Assembly: GCA_964565895.1 (NCBI GenBank)
Contig: CAZMGT010000002.1
Location: 78,510 to 142,509 of the forward strand
DNA: 64,000 bases
From: an uncultured Armatimonadia bacterium
GTDB lineage: Bacteria > Armatimonadota > Zipacnadia > UBA1398 > CAZMGT01
Direction of reading: 5' to 3'
Part shown: one piece after another, positions 58,137-64,000 of the stretch
Numbering within the stretch: the stretch's first letter is position 1
Layout of the letters: the number at the start of each line of letters is the position of its first letter
The notes under the pieces: generated by a model
Told to the model about the DNA's origin: nothing
The model's database searches: none
The model's input: only the letters and a program-made list of their open reading frames with translations
Made by a program: the position numbers and the translations under genes

Positions 58137-59282
58137 ATGACGTTCTACGTGCCGACCAAGGTAATCGTTGGCCCGGGAACGCTCGCCGAGGTGCCCGAGC
58201 AGGCCAAACAGCTCGGCGCAAGCCGCGCGGTTGTTGTCTGCGGCAAAAGCGTCGCCCAAAGCGGCTATGCGGAAAAGCTCGCCGAAATGCTCCGCCGCGG
58301 GGGCGTTGAGGCAACGGTGTTTTCCGAGGTCGAGCCCGACCCCTCCGCGCGCACAATCCACCGCGGCGCAGAGCTGCTGCGCGAAAGCGCCGCCGACCTT
58401 GTCGTAGGCATCGGCGGCGGAAGCAGCATGGACGCCGCGAAAGCCATGGCCGCGGTCGCTACTAACGACGTCTCCGTGGTTGACCTCGAGGGCCCGCACG
58501 ACTACCCAAACGACCCACTGCCCATCATCTGCGTGGCGACTACTGCGGGCACGGCCAGCGAAGTTACCCCGTTTGCCGTGGTCACCGATACCGAGCGCAG
58601 CTACAAGTTCCCGATAATCAGCCCTCAGATTTACCCGAAGGTCGCCGTGCTCGACCCAGAGCTTTTGGCCACTGCTCCCACGGGGGCTCTCGTTGCCGCG
58701 GGGATGGACGCCCTAACCCACGCCATCGAGTCCTACATTTGCAAGGCGGCGCACACCCACACGCAAATGTGCGCGCTTGAGGCGATTCGTCTCATCGGCG
58801 AAAACCTCAGGCGGCTCGTCGCCGACCCCGAAAACATCGAGGCCGCGCAGAACATGCTTGTCGCCTCGAACATCGCCGGCTTTGCGTTTAGCAACACCCG
58901 CTTGGGGGTGGTCCATGCAATGGCCCTGCCCCCTGGGGCGCTGTTCGGCGTTCCCCACGGAATGGCGAACAGCATTCTCCTCCCCCACGGGATGGAGTTT
59001 AACCTAATTGCCGCCGAGGACAAGTTTTGCGACATCGCCGAGGCGCTGGGCGCAAGCACCGAGGGCCTGTCGCTGCGCGACGGCGCACAACTCGCCGTGG
59101 ACGCCGTGCGCCAGCTCGCCCAGGACATCAACGCTCCCTCGTCGCTTGCCCAGGCCGGCGTTAGCGAGGAGGCCATCCCGCGCATGGCCGAGGACGCCAT
59201 GAAAAGCGGGCACATTCCCATTAACCCGCGGCGCGTGACAAAAGAGGACATCGTCGCCCTCTATCACGCGGCGATGGACTAG
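58137..59282 (+). CDS. iron-containing (group III) alcohol dehydrogenase
   Basis: GIGGGSSMDAAKAMA is the Fe-ADH NAD/metal motif. The metal His residues are in AHTH and LPHG. A GGAGGTGA RBS precedes the ATG at 58137. Confidence 0.7.
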   Translation: MTFYVPTKVIVGPGTLAEVPEQAKQLGASRAVVVCGKSVAQSGYAEKLAEMLRRGGVEATVFSEVEPDPSARTIHRGAELLRESAADLVVGIGGGSSMDAAKAMAAVATNDVSVVDLEGPHDYPNDPLPIICVATTAGTASEVTPFAVVTDTERSYKFPIISPQIYPKVAVLDPELLATAPTGALVAAGMDALTHAIESYICKAAHTHTQMCALEAIRLIGENLRRLVADPENIEAAQNMLVASNIAGFAFSNTRLGVVHAMALPPGALFGVPHGMANSILLPHGMEFNLIAAEDKFCDIAEALGASTEGLSLRDGAQLAVDAVRQLAQDINAPSSLAQAGVSEEAIPRMAEDAMKSGHIPINPRRVTKEDIVALYHAAMD

Positions 59283-59295
59283 GAGGGGCCCGTCG

Positions 59296-59982
59296 CTAGC
59301 CTTCCAGGCGATAGCCCACGGCGTGCACCGTTTGGATGATCTTCGGGTTTGAGGGGTCCTCCTCGATCTTCTTGCGCAGCCGGGCGATGTGCATATCCAA
59401 CGCGCGGCCCTCGAGCTCCGAGGTCCCCCAAATGTGCTCCATTAGCTCCTCGCGCGTGACCACCCGCCCCGCGTTGCGCACGAGAAACGTTAGGATCTCA
59501 AACTCCGTCCGCGTAAGCTCAATCTCGCGCGCGCCGACATATGCCGTGTGCCGGCCGAGGTCTATCTTAACCTTTCCCGCCTCGAGCGTCGTCTGGCCCA
59601 TCGTCGGCGCGGCATACTCCTTCGCTCGGCGGAGCAGGGCGCGCACGCGCGTGCGAAACTCCGCCGGGCGCACGGGCTTGCCCAGGTAGTCGTCCGCGCC
59701 CAGCTCCATGCCCACGACGAGGTCCGTCTCCTCGTCGCGCCAGGTAACCATTATGATCGGCACGTGCGACTCGCGCCGGAGCACACGGCAGACCTCCAGC
59801 CCGTCCATCCCGGGCATGACCACGTCGAGGATCACCAAGTCGGGGTTCTCCCGCCGGGCAAGCTCCAGCCCTTGCTCCCCGTCGGAAGCCTTGAGCACGT
59901 CGTAGCCTTCGTGTTTAAGCAGCGTCTCATATAGCTCCAGCGCTTCTGGATCGTCGTCAATGACCAAAATCCGCGCGCTCAA
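59296..59982 (-). CDS. OmpR/PhoB-family response regulator (REC plus winged-helix)
   Basis: The REC domain is ILVIDDDPEAL..DLVILDVVMPGMDG. The C-terminal Trans_reg_C is VGYRLEG. Confidence 0.75.
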   Translation of the reverse strand: MSARILVIDDDPEALELYETLLKHEGYDVLKASDGEQGLELARRENPDLVILDVVMPGMDGLEVCRVLRRESHVPIIMVTWRDEETDLVVGMELGADDYLGKPVRPAEFRTRVRALLRRAKEYAAPTMGQTTLEAGKVKIDLGRHTAYVGAREIELTRTEFEILTFLVRNAGRVVTREELMEHIWGTSELEGRALDMHIARLRKKIEEDPSNPKIIQTVHAVGYRLEG

Positions 59983-60038
59983 CGTTTACATTCCCTTCCC
60001 AGGCGAACTCTCCCGCCGCCTACGCCCCCGAGCCCGAA

Positions 60039-60710
60039 CTACGGGCGGTAGGGATAGCCCGACCTCGGCCGCGACCGCTCCGTGGCGCGCCACAGCGCCT
60101 CGTTGTCTTCCTCGGCCATCTCCTCGCGGCGGCGCAGGGGCTTGTAGTCCACGGCGTTTGCGCGCACCGTCTTGCGAAACTCCGCCTCGTTGGCGAGCAG
60201 CAGATGCAGCGTGCCCTCGGCGCGCGCCTCGGCGACTTGCCGCCGCCACTCGTGGGCGAGGACCTCCTCGCGCGAATAAGGCTTGGGAGTGGGCGCGAGC
60301 GGGGCGACTTCCTCCGCGGGAGCGGCCTCCTCCGCCGCTTCCTCCGGGGCGGCCTCCTCGGGCTCCGCCTTTTCCGCGGGTGCTTGCTCAGGCGCCGGGG
60401 TCGCCTCCCCCTTCGGGGTCACCTCAATGGGCGCAGCCCCCGCGCCCTCCTCGAGTGCAGCACCCTCGGCTTCCTCGAGCATCTTCTCCTCTTCCGCGGT
60501 CTGCCGGGCCTTGCGCGCGGCAACCTTTTTCGCCTTCCCCGGCTGCTTGCCCAACTCGCGCGCAATGCGCGGAATATTCTGCCCCACTACAGGCAGCAGC
60601 GCAGGCTCGGGCCCCGCCGCGCGCGCCAAAATCTCCCCGCCCCAGACAAATGCGGCGAGCGCCCCCACGACGCACGTCGCTATCCCTAGCGCAAATATCG
60701 CCCTGCTCAC
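60039..60710 (-). CDS. hypothetical N-terminally membrane-anchored protein with an Ala/Glu/Pro-rich acidic low-complexity region
   Basis: The TM anchor is IFALGIATCVVGALAAFVW. Then comes EEAEGAALEEGAGAAPIEVTPKGEATPAPEQAPAEKAEPEEAAPEEAAEEAAPAEE. No known domain is present. Confidence 0.4.
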   Translation of the reverse strand: MSRAIFALGIATCVVGALAAFVWGGEILARAAGPEPALLPVVGQNIPRIARELGKQPGKAKKVAARKARQTAEEEKMLEEAEGAALEEGAGAAPIEVTPKGEATPAPEQAPAEKAEPEEAAPEEAAEEAAPAEEVAPLAPTPKPYSREEVLAHEWRRQVAEARAEGTLHLLLANEAEFRKTVRANAVDYKPLRRREEMAEEDNEALWRATERSRPRSGYPYRP

Positions 60711-60774
60711 TGTCCCTTCCCCTCGCTTCCACTGTACGCCCTCGCCGCACGACTAGCAAGCGGCCTAAGCTGCG

Positions 60775-61596
60775 CTACCACGTCAGCTCCATGCCGTCGA
60801 ACGCTACTTCTACCCCCTGCGGCTCAAGGCGCTCTACGAGCTCGTCGTGCAGCAAAAGCCCGTTGTGCGAAAAATGCGTGGCCACAAACCGCGTGCCCTC
60901 GTCCACGCAGCCGATCTCCGCGAGCTTGGCCTTTACAGACAAAACGTCGGGAATTCCAAGATGGTTTTCCCCACACTGGCGCTTGCCGCAAGTGCAGTCC
61001 ATGACAACAACGCTCAGCCGCTTACCCGCGAGGAACTCCCATGTCTCCTCGGGATACCACCCCGTGTCGTTGCCCTGGAGCAGGTAGCGCCCGTTGGCGC
61101 AAAGGAGGAAGTTCAGCGCGACCTCTTCCTCTGCGGCGTGGCTGGCGACGATCGGCGTGGCCTCCAGGCCGTCGGGCAGGGAAACGGGGCGAAACGGCTC
61201 TAGCTCGACAAACTGCACGCTCAGAAGCTCCAGCTCCTCCGCGCCCTGGCGCAGCTTGCGCCCCACGGCGGCGTTGCCGTAAATACGCAGGGGCGCGGGG
61301 GGCACACCGGCCCAGAATCCCTTGCGCCTCATGTTTAGCTCGTGCGCGCAAAAGTGGTCCTGGTGGCTGTGCGTTATCAGCAGGTCGGTAATGTTCGCCA
61401 GGCAAATGCCAAACCGTACCGACTGCACGTAGATATCCGGCCCAAAGTCAATGAGCACGCGGCGGCCCACGAGATAGGCCGCCCGCAAGCGCAGGTTCTT
61501 GCCCCCCAGCTCGCGCGCCTTGCGGCACACTGCGCAGTCGCAAAAAATTCCCGGCCAGCCCTCTGCGGCCGCCGTGCCAAGGATCTTAAACCTCAT
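60775..61596 (-). CDS. MBL-fold metallo-hydrolase (PhnP-like)
   Basis: THSHQDH is the beta-lactamase-fold HxHxDH motif. Confidence 0.6.
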   Translation of the reverse strand: MRFKILGTAAAEGWPGIFCDCAVCRKARELGGKNLRLRAAYLVGRRVLIDFGPDIYVQSVRFGICLANITDLLITHSHQDHFCAHELNMRRKGFWAGVPPAPLRIYGNAAVGRKLRQGAEELELLSVQFVELEPFRPVSLPDGLEATPIVASHAAEEEVALNFLLCANGRYLLQGNDTGWYPEETWEFLAGKRLSVVVMDCTCGKRQCGENHLGIPDVLSVKAKLAEIGCVDEGTRFVATHFSHNGLLLHDELVERLEPQGVEVAFDGMELTW

Positions 61597-61635
61597 CGCT
61601 CGTGCCTCGTTCTCATCAACAACCGCCGCTGCGCC

Positions 61636-62346
61636 CTAGCACTCCGCGCAGGGCAAACGCACGATCACGCACCGGCCGTCTCTCTCCAGCTCGCCCCCGT
61701 GCTGGCGGGCAATCGCCGCGCACGCGCTAAAGCACAGCTCCGCCGCCCAGCCACTCGCGCCTCCATCGCCCGCGCGCTCCGCCGGCGCCCCCTGGCCCGC
61801 CGGCTCCTCGACGATCTCCACCCGCGCCGCGTGGCCCTCGCGCCGCGCACGCAGGGCGACGCTCCCTCCGCCTGCGGCGCGTACGTTGTCGATCGCCGCC
61901 AGACAAAGCCCGAGAAAAAGCTGGCGCAAAAGGGGCGCATCCCCGCGCACGGTTAGCGCCTCGTCGTCCAGCGCGGGCGAAAGCACAACGTTGGAGTGGC
62001 GCGCCTTTGTGCTCAAAATCTCGGCCACCTGGGCGAACAGGTCGCGCAGGGAAACGGACTCCTCCGTCCCCTGTGGCCCCTCGCCCACCTTGCCGATGGC
62101 CTCGGTGGACTGCGAGAGCTTTTGCACGAGCTCGTTCAGCGCCGTCGCCCGCTCGCGCACGGCGGGGTCGGTCGCCGTCATCGCCAAGAGCTGGGCCAAC
62201 CCGGAGAGGCTGGCCAGGCTGTTGTTGATGTTATGCACCAAGCTGGGAACAAGCTGCCCCAGCAAAAGCACGCGATGGTTCTCGATAACCTGCGCGTCGC
62301 TCTCCAAAGAGCGGTTTTCTCCTTCCCCCCGCGTCTCTGTGCTCAC
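61636..62346 (-). CDS. sensor histidine kinase core (HisKA plus HATPase_c) with no sensor or TM domain
   Basis: The H-box region is LVHNINNSL. The ATPase has G-rich boxes. A GTG start with a GGAGGGG SD at 62346 avoids overlap with the upstream gene. Confidence 0.55.
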   Translation of the reverse strand: MSTETRGEGENRSLESDAQVIENHRVLLLGQLVPSLVHNINNSLASLSGLAQLLAMTATDPAVRERATALNELVQKLSQSTEAIGKVGEGPQGTEESVSLRDLFAQVAEILSTKARHSNVVLSPALDDEALTVRGDAPLLRQLFLGLCLAAIDNVRAAGGGSVALRARREGHAARVEIVEEPAGQGAPAERAGDGGASGWAAELCFSACAAIARQHGGELERDGRCVIVRLPCAEC

Positions 62347-62374
62347 GGTTGTCCCCTCCACGTCGCGCTTGGCG

Positions 62375-64000
62375 TTACTTGGAAATTGGAATATGGACCA
62401 AGACCAATGTTTCGTGGCCCCCGCGCACCTTTTCCCCATCGACTTCGGGGGGCAGCGGATTGTTGACCGCCCAGGCCACAAGCATCGCCTCGTCTGCGTT
62501 GCAAAATGCTCCCCCGTTGTTCTCCACAACCGCGCGCAACACCGCCCGACGGCTGTCTCCCGAGCTAGGCCTCGGCGTACTGTCTATCTTCGCTTGGAGC
62601 GCCGACTCGCACTCCGGGCCGCGCTGTTCGAGCTCCAACAAAATGCGCCGATACTGCTCCTCGTCCGCGGGAGGCGCGCCCGCGAACGAAGTGGAAAACC
62701 ACCGCTTTTCCAGGGCTTCGTCCAGTTTCATGAGGACGTCTTTTTTGATCCCGGGCACGATAGTGCCGACAAACTCGGCCGTCCCCCGATAGCACAGCAC
62801 AGCATCCTCAAGCTGCAGCCCCGTGCGATTGTCGATTGTCCCGCGAAGGCAGCCTCCCACGCGGACAAGCCGCGCCTCAAGCGGACCGTCGAAGCGCAGG
62901 ACGGCCTCCGCGCCAAGCCAGCGCTCGCTCCACATGCCTACGCCAAACTCGCGGGCAACATTTTCTTCGCCTTCTTGGAACACGCGCAGCTCTGCATCCT
63001 GAGGCACAGGATATGTCCCCACTGCCCCCGCCTGCAAGGGAAGAAAAATCGCCGCCCCTTCTCCGTCAAAGCGCACGTTATACTCCGCTCGCCTGCCGGA
63101 GAAGATTTGCGTATAGCTGCGCACCCGGCCGTAACGCGAGCCCGAGCGCATCTCCACCGCGCACGCCGTGCGCACCGTCGTCGCTAAGCCTCTCTCTCGC
63201 ACGCCAATGGCATATGCTACCGCGGTGAATACAGCAACGATAACTATTGTGGTCAGCCAAGCAAGCTCCCGCCGCCGCAGCGCATGCAGAACAAGGTAGT
63301 TCACCGGAACGAGGCACACCGCGTATAGCGCAAGGAACAGGCCAACGAAAAGCATCGAGGGATGGTGCTTCCGCCCCTCAGCAAACGCGCTGCGTACCAG
63401 CCCCAGCTCGTTAATCGTCCGCACGTAGCCGTGCGCGCGCCAGCGCGCCTCGGCAAGCACCCGCGCGAACACGTCGGCCATGCCGGGCCAACTGCGCAGG
63501 GGCTCGGCCAACGGCGAAAAGGCGAAAAACCACACCCTTCCCATGCCCAGCGTGCGCCGGGCAATGAGCGGCACGCCGTCCTGGCGCAGGCAAACCTCGC
63601 CTGCGGCCAACTCGCCCGTGGTCACGGCAACAGGGCCGGCTGGCTCGGGCGTTGCCCCTGCCCACGCGGCAAGCTTCCCCGCGTCGCCGAGCACCTGGCA
63701 GCCCCGCGGCGCGATGGGCAGGAGCCCCGCAAGCGGGCTGTCCGCAAGCTCGCGCCACCTCTCCCCGCCCCAGACAACGAGCGTTTCCCCGCGCGCCACC
63801 CAGCGCGCGATGGCTTGCGCCTGCGCCGTGGTCAGCTTCTGCGCTGCACGCGGCCCGAGGACGACAACGTCCGCGCCGTCATACCCTTCCCAGCGCTCGG
63901 GCGCCAGCTCCGCGGGGACGACGGCGACCGCGGTTTTCCACTCAACCGCCGCGGCGAAGTTGCGCGCCTCGGGCCGCGGGGGGATGAACCTTTTCCCCAT
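62375..64000 (-). CDS. multi-pass membrane protein with an N-terminal GATase1-like/DUF4350-like alpha/beta domain and a C-terminal soluble domain; possibly 5'-partial
   Basis: An ATG sits exactly at the window edge (revcomp of 63998-64000), but the frame may continue beyond it. The TM helices are MLFVGLFLALYAVCLVPVNYLVL and LTTIVIVAVFTAVAYAIGV. Confidence 0.4.
   Translation of the reverse strand: MGKRFIPPRPEARNFAAAVEWKTAVAVVPAELAPERWEGYDGADVVVLGPRAAQKLTTAQAQAIARWVARGETLVVWGGERWRELADSPLAGLLPIAPRGCQVLGDAGKLAAWAGATPEPAGPVAVTTGELAAGEVCLRQDGVPLIARRTLGMGRVWFFAFSPLAEPLRSWPGMADVFARVLAEARWRAHGYVRTINELGLVRSAFAEGRKHHPSMLFVGLFLALYAVCLVPVNYLVLHALRRRELAWLTTIVIVAVFTAVAYAIGVRERGLATTVRTACAVEMRSGSRYGRVRSYTQIFSGRRAEYNVRFDGEGAAIFLPLQAGAVGTYPVPQDAELRVFQEGEENVAREFGVGMWSERWLGAEAVLRFDGPLEARLVRVGGCLRGTIDNRTGLQLEDAVLCYRGTAEFVGTIVPGIKKDVLMKLDEALEKRWFSTSFAGAPPADEEQYRRILLELEQRGPECESALQAKIDSTPRPSSGDSRRAVLRAVVENNGGAFCNADEAMLVAWAVNNPLPPEVDGEKVRGGHETLVLVHIPISK

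Noticed and set aside
1-64000. CRISPR arrays, tRNA/rRNA genes, transposases or integrases
   Set aside because: I saw no regularly spaced direct repeats, no tRNA-like T-loop motif (GGTTCGAATCC-like), and no transposase or integrase ORFs on reading both strands. tRNA scanning tools were not run.

Overview
This window is about 67% GC, densely coding, and has no rRNA, tRNA, CRISPR array or obvious mobile element. Gene content (Tat-exported Gfo/Idh/MocA and xylose-isomerase-like enzymes, ThuA, DUF4838-like, FG-GAP, PQQ propellers, sulfatase, many secreted glycosidase-like proteins) suggests a PVC-group bacterium such as Planctomycetota or Verrucomicrobiota; this is inference from composition only. 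An anaerobic or microaerophilic lifestyle is suggested by a rubrerythrin-like / flavodiiron / rubredoxin operon and three radical-SAM genes. Recognisable blocks, in order: (1) a tightly packed plus-strand cluster from about 3 to 10519, containing a methyltransferase-PQQ propeller fusion, a secreted C-terminally anchored protein, two ModA-family lipoproteins, ModB, ModC with a TOBE domain, a third ModA-like copy with no signal peptide that is frameshifted by a 61-bp partial duplication, then an FtsX-like permease and a MacB/LolD-like ATPase; (2) a minus-strand carbohydrate-processing operon of Gfo/Idh/MocA, sugar-phosphate isomerase, ThuA, a small membrane protein, a DUF4838-like/GH2-binding protein and an FG-GAP protein; (3) the conserved TIGR03960 radical-SAM / TIGR03936 / RNase G trio; (4) an ABC-2 exporter and two divergent NDP-sugar pyrophosphorylases; (5) a Fur regulator translationally coupled to an unknown protein; (6) secreted glycosidase-like proteins, including a GH140-like gene with strikingly mosaic GC; (7) pncB-pncA NAD salvage; (8) a TetR gene with a perfect consensus promoter and palindromic operator, followed by an N-terminally extended radical-SAM/SPASM-like enzyme and a rho-independent terminator; (9) fpg, then the rubredoxin / flavodiiron / rubrerythrin-like genes, a GlmU-like gene and a leaderless sulfatase; (10) NfeD-stomatin, Lon and Hsp20; (11) a beta-helix protein, RtcA, a TIM-barrel isomerase, an Fe-ADH, an OmpR regulator, an anchored acidic protein, an MBL hydrolase, a sensor-less histidine kinase and a membrane protein that runs off the window edge. 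The best candidate for something not previously described is the composite ModABC / FtsX-MacB cluster with its upstream secreted and propeller genes and the disrupted cytoplasmic ModA paralog. The TetR-regulated extended radical-SAM enzyme and the mosaic-GC patch spanning the GH140-like gene and the pncB 5' end come next. Functional claims are family-level calls made by eye from motifs; I ran no database searches.
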